Source of the DNA: Candidatus Latescibacterota bacterium
GTDB taxonomy: Bacteria; Krumholzibacteriota; Krumholzibacteriia; WVZY01
Reading direction: 5' to 3'
NCBI GenBank assembly: GCA_963791045.1
Contig: CAWBQK010000017.1
Location: 64,001-128,000 of the forward strand
Length of the DNA stretch: 64,000 nucleotides
The position numbers were made by a program, and so were the translations under genes. Positions within the stretch are counted from its first letter, which is position 1; each line of letters starts with the position of its first letter. The notes under the pieces are model-generated. The model had not been told where the DNA came from and ran no database searches. It saw only the letters and a program-made list of their open reading frames with translations. Positions 9,430 through 19,216 of the stretch are shown here, one piece after another.

Positions 9430-10545
9430 CTATTCAAAATCCACAAAAAGAGTGAACTCGCCGGGCGTATCGCTCGAACTGTCGATGGCGATATAGTAGA
9501 CCCCCGCAAGGAGTTCCTTTGTCATTCTATTGTCCGCTTTCTCGAGGCAATTCGTTGCCAATAAAACCTCGTCGAGCACGTCGAGCGAGCCGAGGAGGTG
9601 AATGTCGTTGTTTATTCCCTCGTCCTTGATGTCGGAAACGATAATGGTGACCGCTCCCGCATTTTTCAATCTCAGCTCGTAAATAACCTCCGGGCCGGTC
9701 TGAATCGAACCTGGGTCCACGGAGTAGCGGTCGATCACCATGCTGACAACGTCGCGGGTGTTCCCGTCGTGGACGAAAGGAAACGCATCCGAGTCTATCG
9801 GGATCGGGTTGACGGTGGTTCCCGGGGGATCGGGGTCTTTCTCGATGTTGTGGTAACGGATGGCCTTGTATCCGGAGTCATTGAGGTATTCCCAGCTAAC
9901 TTCTCTGAACCGGACTCCTTCGATGGAAGAGTCGATGATACAAAGATTGCCGTCTCGGGTTTCGTAGACAAAAAGGATGGTGTGATACACGTTTATAAAG
10001 GCATCGCCTTTTTTGAGGTCGCCGGCGTCGTGATTCCCGAAGTCTATGTCGACGATGTCCTCAGAAATGTCACACAGTTTTCTGGGAATGTCGGGGTCCG
10101 CGTAACACAACGTGTATTTCTCCTTGAGATGCCACGCTCGCGATACGAGTCCGGTGCAAGAGACCCCGACGACACAGTCGATCGAATAGTTGTCGTAGGT
10201 GTTTGCGCCTCCACCCGTCCCGGTGCCGAACCCTTCGTCAATTTTCAAGAGGAAGTTCTCGATGTCCGTCCAGCCGCCCCATTTGTATCCCATCCCAATG
10301 CGGGTTCCTGTGGGGTAGTCACTCGAAAACCCTCCGCCGCAGGAAACCCCCGTCTGGTTTGTCGCCGACATCGTCCAGTGGAGCCTCGCGTACTCGTCGG
10401 CGGTGAGAATGATTTCGCTACGGGTGACAGGAGGGCCAACGTGGTCGCCGGTGCCGTTTGTGTCGACAACCGTGGCGCCGTCGTCCCCACAGGCGGGAGC
10501 AAAAGACAGCAGCGCTGCCAGGAAGATTATGGTGTGAATTCGCAT
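9430..10545 (-). CDS. Lipoprotein with an NlpC/P60-like cysteine-hydrolase domain and a C-terminal PPC-like beta domain
   Basis: Lipobox FAPA-CGDDG; YKWGG...GVSCTGLVSRAW...KGDAFINVYHTILF resembles the NlpC/P60 Cys/His core; C-terminal GPEVIYEL...GVYYIAID domain. Confidence 0.6.
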   Translation of the reverse strand: MRIHTIIFLAALLSFAPACGDDGATVVDTNGTGDHVGPPVTRSEIILTADEYARLHWTMSATNQTGVSCGGGFSSDYPTGTRIGMGYKWGGWTDIENFLLKIDEGFGTGTGGGANTYDNYSIDCVVGVSCTGLVSRAWHLKEKYTLCYADPDIPRKLCDISEDIVDIDFGNHDAGDLKKGDAFINVYHTILFVYETRDGNLCIIDSSIEGVRFREVSWEYLNDSGYKAIRYHNIEKDPDPPGTTVNPIPIDSDAFPFVHDGNTRDVVSMVIDRYSVDPGSIQTGPEVIYELRLKNAGAVTIIVSDIKDEGINNDIHLLGSLDVLDEVLLATNCLEKADNRMTKELLAGVYYIAIDSSSDTPGEFTLFVDFE

Positions 10546-10649
10546 CCAACCTCCGTATGCAATATAACTGACTAATGCGAATAATCAAATATGCGAATTG
10601 TGAGACGCTCGTGGCGTTGGTATTGCCGGCTGTGAACTTCGGGGCAAAG

Positions 10650-10678
10650 AAAAGGCCCGAGCTGAGCCCGGGCCTTTT
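10650..10678 (-). terminator. Intrinsic terminator after ahcY
   Basis: AAAAGGCCCG..GC..CGGGCCTTTT hairpin just past the ahcY stop. Confidence 0.75.
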
Positions 10679-10701
10679 GTCACGGTGTAATCAGCAGCTT
10701 T

Positions 10702-12192
10702 CTAGTAGCTGTAATGGTCGGGCTTGTACGGCCCATCAACCGGAATACCGAGATAGTCCGATTGTTCCTGGGTCAGGCGGGTGAGCTTGACGCCAAGGTG
10801 GTCGAGATGAAGCCGGGCGACTTCCTCGTCGAGCGATTTGGGCAGGCGATAGACTTTTTTCTCGTATTTTCCGCGGTTCTTGTACAGCTCGATCTGCGCG
10901 AGAACCTGGTTGGCAAACGACGTCGACATCACAAAACTCGGATGACCGGTCGCGCAACCGAGGTTCAAAAGACGGCCCTCAGCCAGCATGAGGACACTGT
11001 GGCCGTCGGGGAAATTCCACTGGTCGTACTGAGGTTTGATGTTCTCGACCACGGCGCCGTTCTTCTTCAGGCTCGCGATATCGATTTCATTGTCAAAGTG
11101 ACCGATGTTTCCGACAATCGCTTTGTCCTTCATCCTGTTCATCATCTCGAAGGTGATGACGTCTTTGTTGCCCGTAGCCGTCACGAATATGTCGGCTTGT
11201 TCGATGACATCCTCGATCGGTTTTACCTCGTAACCTTCCATGGCGGCCTGGAGGGCGCATATCGGATCGATCTCGGTCACGATAACACGGGCGCCCTGGC
11301 CCTTGAGCGACTGGGCGCAGCCTTTACCGACTTCGCCGTAACCGCAAACCACGGCGACCTTGCCGCCGATCATCACGTCACTGGCGCGGTTGAGTCCGTC
11401 GATGAGCGAATGACGGCAACCGTAGATGTTGTCAAATTTGTGTTTCGTGACAGAATCGTTGACGTTTATGGCGGGGAAGAGAAGTGATCCGGCCTCTTCC
11501 ATTTGAGAAAGGCGGATCACTCCGGTGGTTGTCTCCTCGGAAACGCCCTGGATAACCTCGGCCACATTGGTCCAGCGCTTCGGGTTCTTTGAGAGTTCTT
11601 CTCGTAGGACACCGAGGATGGATCCCCACTCTTCGGGGTCCTTATCCGCGTCGAACTCGGGGACCGCGCCGGCGTCTTCGAATTCTTTGCCTTTGTGTAC
11701 GAGCAGAGTCGCGTCGCCGCCATCGTCCACGATCAGATCGGGGCCGCTGCCATCGGGCCACATGATGGCCTCGTTTGTACACCACCAGTACTCGTCTAGC
11801 GTCTCGCCCTTCCAAGCAAAGACGGGTACGCCCTTCGGATCGTCAACGGTGCCGTTGGGACCGACAACCGCGGCGGCCGCCGCATGATCCTGCGTGGAGA
11901 AAATGTTACAGCTTACCCAGCGGACATCCGCGCCGAGATCGACGAGTGTCTCTATCAGAACGGCCGTCTGAATGGTCATGTGGAGGCTTCCCATGATCTT
12001 CGCCCCGGCAAGCGGTTTTTCGCCCGCGTATTTTTTGCGAACGGAAATCAAACCGGGCATCTCATGCTCGGCGAGTTCGATTTCTTTACGGCCGTGGGCC
12101 GCGAGTGAGAGATCCTTGACTTTGAAGGGCTCTCGGCCGGCCTTTTTTGCATCGTCGAATCCGGTCGATGAGTTGTTCACGTTGATACTCAT
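10702..12192 (-). CDS. ahcY: Adenosylhomocysteinase (SAH hydrolase)
   Basis: [57 protein letters not shown] and [12 protein letters not shown]. Confidence 0.98.
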   Translation of the reverse strand: MSINVNNSSTGFDDAKKAGREPFKVKDLSLAAHGRKEIELAEHEMPGLISVRKKYAGEKPLAGAKIMGSLHMTIQTAVLIETLVDLGADVRWVSCNIFSTQDHAAAAAVVGPNGTVDDPKGVPVFAWKGETLDEYWWCTNEAIMWPDGSGPDLIVDDGGDATLLVHKGKEFEDAGAVPEFDADKDPEEWGSILGVLREELSKNPKRWTNVAEVIQGVSEETTTGVIRLSQMEEAGSLLFPAINVNDSVTKHKFDNIYGCRHSLIDGLNRASDVMIGGKVAVVCGYGEVGKGCAQSLKGQGARVIVTEIDPICALQAAMEGYEVKPIEDVIEQADIFVTATGNKDVITFEMMNRMKDKAIVGNIGHFDNEIDIASLKKNGAVVENIKPQYDQWNFPDGHSVLMLAEGRLLNLGCATGHPSFVMSTSFANQVLAQIELYKNRGKYEKKVYRLPKSLDEEVARLHLDHLGVKLTRLTQEQSDYLGIPVDGPYKPDHYSY

Positions 12193-13148
12193 TTCTTTTC
12201 GCTCCTTAATTGCGCCGAAACGGCGAACAGGTTTGGTCCTTTGGCTTCCGGGGCGGGCGGCAGGTTTTGAAAACGCACCGAATCAAACCCGGCGGCCAAA
12301 AGGTACTCTTCGATTTCATCCTCTGAAAAACCAAGCCACACGTGACCTTTGTCCAACCGGTATTCGGCGCGGTCGTGTGGCAGCATATCTACTATTAAAA
12401 TAAGTCCGCCGGGACGAAGACAGCGCGCTGCTTCGCGAATGGCGGCGTCGGGTCGTTCGAGATGGTGTAATACCAGAATCATCGTTGTGACGTCAACGTT
12501 ATTGTCATCGAGCGGGAGGGCCTCGAGCTCGGCGAGCCGAAGCTCCACGTTGTCAAATCTTTCGAGTCGTTGGCCGGCTAGCTCGAGCATTGGGGCCGAG
12601 GCATCGATGCCCACAACGCGTGTGACGAACGGAGCCAGCGCTTCGGCCACCGTTCCCGTACCGCAGCCCAAATCGGCGACCGACCACTCCGTCGGCAGCA
12701 GCCCCGGCAAGGCATACAAATAAAATTGACTCCCGTACAACTCATCCCGGATGACATCCCAACGATCGCTCGTGGCGTCAAAAAACTCCTGCGATCTGCT
12801 GCGGTGGCGGGCGAGTACGCTTCTGAGCCGCTCGAGGTCGAGGCGCCGAGTGGACGTTTTTTCGATCTCAGCCCGTGTCAACTGCCAAAGACTCTGCGCT
12901 GTTCCGTCCAGGTCGCGGATTGTCGCATGGTACAATCTCCTGGTCCCGTCGGGTCGTGAATCAACAAAACCTTTGTCCGCCAACGCTTTAAGGTGCCGGC
13001 TCACTGTGGACTGAGGGAGTTGAACGACGGCGCACAGATCGGACACCGTGAGCTCGTGGTCCTCCAGAATCGCGAGGGCGCGGCATCGCACACTCTCGGC
13101 GAGAAGAGCCATCTGATCGAGAATTATTGGATCGTTGTTATTTGTCAT
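12189..13148 (-). CDS. sahR: ArsR-HTH / SAM-binding methyltransferase-fold regulator of the SAM cycle (SahR type)
   Basis: N-terminal ArsR HTH ([13 protein letters not shown]) and C-terminal VADLGCGTG methyltransferase fold. It overlaps the ahcY start (ATGA). Confidence 0.85.
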   Translation of the reverse strand: MTNNNDPIILDQMALLAESVRCRALAILEDHELTVSDLCAVVQLPQSTVSRHLKALADKGFVDSRPDGTRRLYHATIRDLDGTAQSLWQLTRAEIEKTSTRRLDLERLRSVLARHRSRSQEFFDATSDRWDVIRDELYGSQFYLYALPGLLPTEWSVADLGCGTGTVAEALAPFVTRVVGIDASAPMLELAGQRLERFDNVELRLAELEALPLDDNNVDVTTMILVLHHLERPDAAIREAARCLRPGGLILIVDMLPHDRAEYRLDKGHVWLGFSEDEIEEYLLAAGFDSVRFQNLPPAPEAKGPNLFAVSAQLRSEKK

Positions 13149-13152
13149 CGCA

Positions 13153-13202
13153 ATATCCGTCCATCCGCATATAAAGATATACTACAATCTCGTGTTTTGC
13201 AA
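13153..13202 (-). promoter_or_regulatory. sahR-ahcY promoter with candidate SahR operator
   Basis: Minus strand TTGCAA-17 nt-TATCTT, followed by the imperfect 20-bp palindrome ATATCCGTCCATCCGCATAT (13153-13172) just before the start codon. Confidence 0.55.
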
Positions 13203-13360
13203 GAGGGAATTGCCACCATCTGAATTCCCGGCGCGACCGGTAGATATATTCTTGTAAGGGTTAACCGTTTTTAACTTTACACCCGCTGGGACCGGGTGTT
13301 AAATGATCGTCGAGGAGGGGATCGGGGAGTCGGACAACGGGCCACGAACAGGAAACAATC

Positions 13361-13942
13361 ATGGATATACTTTCTGTCTCAGTTACGCTTTTTCTTATCA
13401 TGGATCCTTTTGGGAATCTGCCTGTATTTTTGCCGATTCTCGAGAGGGTGCCGGAAAAGCGCCGCCGTGCTGTTCTCGTCCGTGAACTTCTTCTCGCACT
13501 TGTTGTCATCGCGATATTCATTTTTGGCGGCCGTTATCTTTTGGGATTCCTTGGAATCAAAGAGGATTCGGTGAGCATTGCCGGTGGGATCATCCTGTTC
13601 TTGATCGCGGTGAGAATGGTGTTTCCGCCGGAAAAGCGCACCGAAGCGGAGTTTGCCGGCGAACCGCTTCTCGTACCGATCGCGATACCCCTGACCGCCG
13701 GACCATCGCTTCTCGCCGTTCTGCTTCTGTTTTCGACGGGGCATCCGGAGAGGTTATTTGACCTTCTGCTTGCCGCGCTCATCGCCTGGGGTGCCACGTT
13801 TATCATACTTTTCAGCTCGACGTTTATCGTTCGATTTCTGAGGAAAAGGGGATTGATTGCCGTTGAAAGGCTTATGGGGATGGTGTTGGTTGCGCTTGCC
13901 GTGCAACTCTTCCTGGACGGTGTTACCGGGTACCTGGGGTAG
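13361..13942 (+). CDS. MarC family inner-membrane protein
   Basis: LFLIMDPFGN, IAGGIILFLIA, LVPIAIPLTAGP and ERLMGMVL motifs. Confidence 0.92.
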   Translation: MDILSVSVTLFLIMDPFGNLPVFLPILERVPEKRRRAVLVRELLLALVVIAIFIFGGRYLLGFLGIKEDSVSIAGGIILFLIAVRMVFPPEKRTEAEFAGEPLLVPIAIPLTAGPSLLAVLLLFSTGHPERLFDLLLAALIAWGATFIILFSSTFIVRFLRKRGLIAVERLMGMVLVALAVQLFLDGVTGYLG

Positions 13943-13957
13943 CGAGCGGGAATTCTG

Positions 13958-14557
13958 TCAGTTATCGCTGGCGAGCGATGTGTGTTTCCGGAGTCTCTCC
14001 AGTCCGTTATAAATCCTGTGTTTGACCAGCTTTTCGGGAATGTGGAGGACTTCCGCGATTTCCGCTCGTGATAAACCCTCTGTATAGCGGAGCAGCAACA
14101 CCTCACGCTGCTCGTTGGGGAGCGAGGCGAGGCGTTTTACCAGGAGCTCTCGCTTTTCAGTTTTGACGAGGCGGCTCAATTGCCCGGTCAACTGTCCGTT
14201 GATCATTGAGGATTCGGGGAGGGTCTGATCGTCGAGTCGGCGGTTTTGCGCCCGCAATCGATCGAGACATTTGTTTCGGCAGATCTCATACACCCATGGC
14301 CTGAACCGTCCGGGTACCGTCGGATTCTCCAAAACCTTGCAGAATACGTCCTGGACCACGTCCTGCGCGTCCTCCCAACGGCCGAGATAGCCGAGGCAGA
14401 ATCGCGTAAGACGAGGCCTGTATAACCTGTCGAGCAGCTTTCCCGCATCAGCACTACCCTCGCGTAGCTCCACAACCAGCGAGGGGGTCAGATCGGCGGG
14501 CGATTGCTCGCGGCTCTTCTCGTCCGACAATTCGGGTGGCCTCCTGTTTTCCATCAA
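13958..14557 (-). CDS. ECF RNA polymerase sigma factor
   Basis: Sigma2 (EDAQDVVQDVF...FRPWVYEICRNKCLD) and sigma4 (LPNEQREVLLLRYTEGLSRAEIAEVL) regions. Confidence 0.92.
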   Translation of the reverse strand: MMENRRPPELSDEKSREQSPADLTPSLVVELREGSADAGKLLDRLYRPRLTRFCLGYLGRWEDAQDVVQDVFCKVLENPTVPGRFRPWVYEICRNKCLDRLRAQNRRLDDQTLPESSMINGQLTGQLSRLVKTEKRELLVKRLASLPNEQREVLLLRYTEGLSRAEIAEVLHIPEKLVKHRIYNGLERLRKHTSLASDN

Positions 14558-14731
14558 CCCCTACATTGATAAGACGCCGGGAATCTGTTTTCGACGCTGA
14601 CAATTTGCGAAATCAGGGGGCTTTTGTGCCTCCAAACCGCAAGTCGAGGGCCTTGCCTCTTGTGCGGACTTAGGGTAAGATTATAACGCGTCGGGTGGTA
14701 TCTGCAACAGTGTGGTTTTCGGAGGACTGCA

Positions 14732-17098
14732 ATGGGCTGCGACATATCCGGTGAAAAGCTTTGGAGCATGATCGATCGGGATGCCCCAGAGCTGGAGGAG
14801 CATCTTGCCGTCTGTCCCGTCTGTCGGATGGAGGCAGCGAAAATCCGCGAAAGAATCGGATTCCTGGTCGACGATCCGGATCAGGAATTTCCCCTGCCAG
14901 ATAACATAGGTCCCTACAAAGTGTTAGGTGTTCTGGGTGAAGGCGGACAGGCCCTGGTATATGAAGCCCTGCAGTCCAAACCGAGCCGCCGCGTCGCCGT
15001 GAAGCTTTTGAAAGGTGGGCATTTTATTGAAAAGGCCCGCCTGCGACACTTCCGCCGGGAAACGCAAACACTCGCTCGGCTGAACCATCCTTACATAGCA
15101 ACTATTTACGAGGCCGACCGAACGCCCGAGGGTCTCTACTTTTTTGCCATGGAATTCATCGACGGCGAACCGTTGCACGTTTTCATCAAAAAAAGGAAAC
15201 CGTCGCAAAAGACGCTGGTAGCGTTCATGGCAAAGGTCTGCGGAGCGTTGGAATATGCTCACTCGCAGGGGGTTATTCACAGGGACCTCAAGCCTTCCAA
15301 CATAATGGTCGATTCAGCCGGCAACCCGAAAATTCTCGATTTCGGACTGGCAAGACTCGCGTATAACGAGGGTGAGCCCAGCTTCACCGCCACAAAGGAT
15401 GGACGCATCGAGGGGACCCCGCGCTATATGAGCCCCGAGCAAATCATTGGGCTTCAAAGCAAAATTGACGAGCGTTCGGACGTGTACGCGCTTGGTGTTA
15501 TTTTATATGAAATTATTACTGGGGCCCCACCCAACCGGGTAACCACCATTACACCGGACGCCGTGAAGATTATATGTGAAGATCTTCCGCGCAAGCCAAG
15601 TGACGTCGACCCGTCGGTCGATGAGGATCTTGACGCGATCGCGCTGAAGGCGCTTGAAAAGAACCCGAAGGATCGATACCAATCGGCCGGCGATCTGGGG
15701 AGCGACCTTGAAAACTTTGTCGACGGTGAACCGGTTTCGGTGAGACCCCCGAGCAAATTTTACTACGCAATGAAACGCGTCAAGAAACGCCACGCCATGG
15801 GGTGGATTGGCGCCATGGTTGTTATCTGCGTCGCCCTGGGATTATGGTTTTATCCGAGAGAGTCATTTGATAAACAAGCCGCCAGGTTAGAAGCTCTCGA
15901 CATCCGAATGTCTCTTTTGAAAGAAGGACCCCGGGACCTGGTTTATCACCGGGCCAGGGAAATTATCTATAAGTACCCCGAACTCGTTGAGGCCAACCTG
16001 GCCTGGGCCCAGGTGCAGAGTGAGCACCACGAACAAAACAACGCGATCAGCAGTTTGGTTCAAGGTGTGAGAGCTGATTCGACGGCGTGGTACTTCCGGA
16101 TTCTCCTTCATGATATTCGGACAATGAATAATCTCCCGAGCGACGATGGGGTGGGAGCGGCATATTGGCCTGAGAACGTGCCAACATCGGCCGATGCGTG
16201 GTTCGTTCGCTCGTTCTCGACACTCAAACCCGATAACGCTCTGAAATGGGCGAGGGAAGCGGTGTCACTCGAACCGGGAAATGAGTTATATCTCACCAAC
16301 CTTGCGTGTCTGGCGGAAATCGAAGAGGACTTCGAGACTGTCATTGACGTGGCCGGCAAACTGGCAGATAGCGGAGTTCGTGGAACTTACTGGCATCTTT
16401 ATCGAGCGAAAATATTCTGCAAGTTCGGGCGTTACGCCGAAGCGCTCGAAGAGGGTTACAAAATAATTGAAATTTCGCCGGATTCCTATTCCGGTTACAG
16501 CCTCTGTGGAAAAATCCACAGGCGGACAAAGAATTTTGAAGCGTCGGTGAGCGAGTTGACAACGGCCATCGAGAAGCAGGGCGTGGACAATCCCGCCACC
16601 GCGTGGCACTATTATCATCGCGGTACGGTTCGATGGTTGGCGGGCGACCGGGATGGAGCGATATCGGACTACAGGGTTGCCCACACGAGATTGACCTTCG
16701 CGAGCTTTGTGAATGCCCGTCTTTTTATTTTTCTGAATGAAATGAATCGTCCCGGTGAGGCCAACGAAGCCCTTGCGAATGCCCGCAGAAGTCCAAAGTA
16801 TAACGAGTGGATTCAGAACATTCTTTTCTGTCTGGCGGGTGACATCACGCCGGACGTTCTCGTCGAAATTGCCGAAAGGTCGGCAAATCCGGTCCATGCT
16901 TGCGAAGCCTACTATTATGCGGGAGAGGTTTCGTTGCTGCACGGAGAAGTGGAGAATTCTCGCGGCTGGTTTGAGAAGTGTGTCGGCTCCGGCGTTGAAT
17001 ACGAGGGCGAAAACTACCTCGACCCCATCAGCGAGGTCGAACTCGCCGAGTGGCGGCTCGGAGTGCATCAAGCAGCCCGGCTGGAAAACGCCAAATAG
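14732..17098 (+). CDS. Hanks-type Ser/Thr kinase with N-terminal ZAS-like zinc finger, one TM helix and extracytoplasmic TPR repeats
   Basis: HLAVCPVC (HxxxCxxC); GEGGQALVY, VAVK, HRDLKPSN, DFG and GTPRYMSPEQ; TM segment WIGAMVVICVALGLWF; TPR-like helical C-terminus. Confidence 0.92.
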   Translation: MGCDISGEKLWSMIDRDAPELEEHLAVCPVCRMEAAKIRERIGFLVDDPDQEFPLPDNIGPYKVLGVLGEGGQALVYEALQSKPSRRVAVKLLKGGHFIEKARLRHFRRETQTLARLNHPYIATIYEADRTPEGLYFFAMEFIDGEPLHVFIKKRKPSQKTLVAFMAKVCGALEYAHSQGVIHRDLKPSNIMVDSAGNPKILDFGLARLAYNEGEPSFTATKDGRIEGTPRYMSPEQIIGLQSKIDERSDVYALGVILYEIITGAPPNRVTTITPDAVKIICEDLPRKPSDVDPSVDEDLDAIALKALEKNPKDRYQSAGDLGSDLENFVDGEPVSVRPPSKFYYAMKRVKKRHAMGWIGAMVVICVALGLWFYPRESFDKQAARLEALDIRMSLLKEGPRDLVYHRAREIIYKYPELVEANLAWAQVQSEHHEQNNAISSLVQGVRADSTAWYFRILLHDIRTMNNLPSDDGVGAAYWPENVPTSADAWFVRSFSTLKPDNALKWAREAVSLEPGNELYLTNLACLAEIEEDFETVIDVAGKLADSGVRGTYWHLYRAKIFCKFGRYAEALEEGYKIIEISPDSYSGYSLCGKIHRRTKNFEASVSELTTAIEKQGVDNPATAWHYYHRGTVRWLAGDRDGAISDYRVAHTRLTFASFVNARLFIFLNEMNRPGEANEALANARRSPKYNEWIQNILFCLAGDITPDVLVEIAERSANPVHACEAYYYAGEVSLLHGEVENSRGWFEKCVGSGVEYEGENYLDPISEVELAEWRLGVHQAARLENAK

Positions 17099-17199
17099 CC
17101 ACGGATTGAGACACGCGATTCTGCCCATACCCACGCCATATTATTGCCATTGCAAAACATAGACACAGAGAACTCCGCATACGGACGGGCCAAAACAGT

Positions 17200-17228
17200 T
17201 TGACCAATCCGGGGGTTTCCGGTATAAT
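17200..17228 (+). promoter_or_regulatory. Sigma70 promoter
   Basis: TTGACC-17 nt-TATAAT upstream of the 17360 gene. Confidence 0.7.
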
Positions 17229-17359
17229 CGCTTTCCCAATTGTCCACCATCGTTGGGGTAGCGACTTAAAGCGATACAATTTTGGAAGTATTCTGCCGGC
17301 ACACATCGGGTGCACGGTAAGTTGCGTGTTTATAACGTATTACGTCAGGAGGCGTTGGT

Positions 17360-19086
17360 ATGTTGAAGTTACGTTTGGTCTTGCTGGTGGCGCTGTTGGC
17401 GCTGCCGCTGATTGGCGGCTGCTCCAGTGACGACGGCGATTCTCCGATGGATCAGGGGAGTTTTGTCGTCGGCTCGTCCGCGGCGCCCGTGAATATTGGT
17501 CCCAGTGACATCGTGTTTTGTGTCGATGTCTCGGACACCGTGTCCGCCGATCAGCTGAAGTCGATCGTCGACGCGCTCGGCGCCTGCCTTGCCGATCCTG
17601 ACTTGATCCCTCAGGACGGGACGATATTGATCGGCGCGTATGTGTACGGTGATACGGTCGCACAGCTTGTCGAACCGGGCACCGCCGTCGACGCGACGAG
17701 TTTGAAGGATGTTATTGGGCCGGCTTTCCAGGGGCTGCTCACCGACCGCATTGTTGGTGGAGGCGGAATCGACCTGGCCGGCGCGATGGGAATGGCGCGT
17801 ACCGCACTTGGTGCTGCGACGAACCTGGATCGCCATGTGTTGCTCATGGGCAGTGGCGAGGCCGACGATGAAGCAGGTGCCGAGAATGAATGTACCGAAC
17901 TTAAGAACATCGGCGTGATGGTGTCGGCAATCGGCACGGTTCCGGCAAGTGCCGGAGTCTTTCAATCATGTGCCGTTAATACCGGCGGCTTTCTTGGTTA
18001 CGGAGAGGGAAGCCTGAACGAGGTGTGCGCCGTGGCATTTGCCTACATGCTCCAGGTGGACATCGATCTCGAACCGGAAACAGCCGAATTAAAACGCGGC
18101 GAAATGCACGAAGTCATGGCGATGGTGTTTCGTGCTGGCGACGCTGAAAACTATCCCGAAGCCGGCAGCGACGTTACCTTTATGATCGTCGATGGTCCCA
18201 ACATGGGCGACTCGACCGCAACCGTGGTGACGGATACCACCGGTTTGGCGAAGTGGTCGTACACGGGCGACAGTGGGCCGGGAATCGATTATATCGTTGC
18301 GGAGACTATTCATCCCGGTACGGGAAACATGTTAACGGATACGGTCATGGTCAACTGGCTCAATGAGCCGCCGACCTGCGATGCAGGCGGACCTTATGAA
18401 GTTGTTGTCGACAGCGACAGTGCGTACGTGATGCTCGACGCGACGGCCTCGTCCGATCTCGACGGTGATTCGTTGACATTTCATTGGGCCGTGGATTGTT
18501 CGGACGGTGCGTACTTCGACGATGAGACCGCTGCGATGCCGGTTCTTATGCTCACCGGTGATTGTCTCTGTGTGGATTCGTTGACGGTAACGAGCTGACG
18601 GTCAGTGACGGGTTCGACGAGACGATGTGCGAAGCCGTTGTGAGTATTAATGACATGCGTCCTCCGGTGGTCACGCTTCGGGATGAGCCAATCCGTATGT
18701 GGCCGCCCAATCACAAGTATCACACGATCACGCCCGAGATGTTTGTCGAATCGATCGAGGACGCTTGCGGCCGCCCGCTCGAAATCGACGCATCGGTCAG
18801 GATCATGATCGTCTATAGCGACGAGCCGGAAGATGGTGCGGGCGACGGCAAGACCGTCAATGACATCATTGTCGAGTGTCCCAATGACGTTCAGCTACGC
18901 GCCGAGCGCATGGGTGGAATGATGGGTCGTGTGTATACCATCACCTACTATGCGACGGGAGAAAACGGCGCGAGTGCGGTTTTCGAAGGGGAAGTTGTTG
19001 TCCCACATGATATGTCCGGGCGCGACGTGATGCCCAATCCGTTCGGCGGATACTCGGTCACGCCGGACTGCGGCGACGCGGACTGA
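17360..19086 (+). CDS. vWA / Ig-like / PKD-like lipoprotein with a C-terminal WPPNHK...RAER...VPHD domain (one frameshift near 18590)
   Basis: Lipobox IGG-CSSDDG, MIDAS-like DVSDT, Ig-like and PKD-like (NEPPTCDAGGPY...SSDLDGDSLTFHW) segments. ORFs 17360-18598 and 18562-19086 join as ...LTVELTVSDG. Confidence 0.75.
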
Positions 19087-19147
19087 ACCGATCCTGGCCT
19101 CGATTCGTTCGGCTCAAAGCCGAGCGGAAAACAATGAAGGCCTCACG

Positions 19148-19180
19148 AAAAAGACCCCGGGGCGTTACGCCCCGGGGTCT
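19148..19180 (-). terminator. Intrinsic terminator of the cytochrome-rhodanese operon
   Basis: 13-bp stem AGACCCCGGGGCG/CGCCCCGGGGTCT with a T-tract on the minus strand. Confidence 0.85.
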
Positions 19181-19216
19181 CACATCATCCCAACCACACA
19201 CATTTACAAACGACTA

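Noticed and set aside
18596-18598. TGA in the vWA lipoprotein gene as Sec or as a true gene end
   Set aside because: The PKD-like strand LTVELTVSDG is restored by an indel correction, and the continuation is in a different frame.
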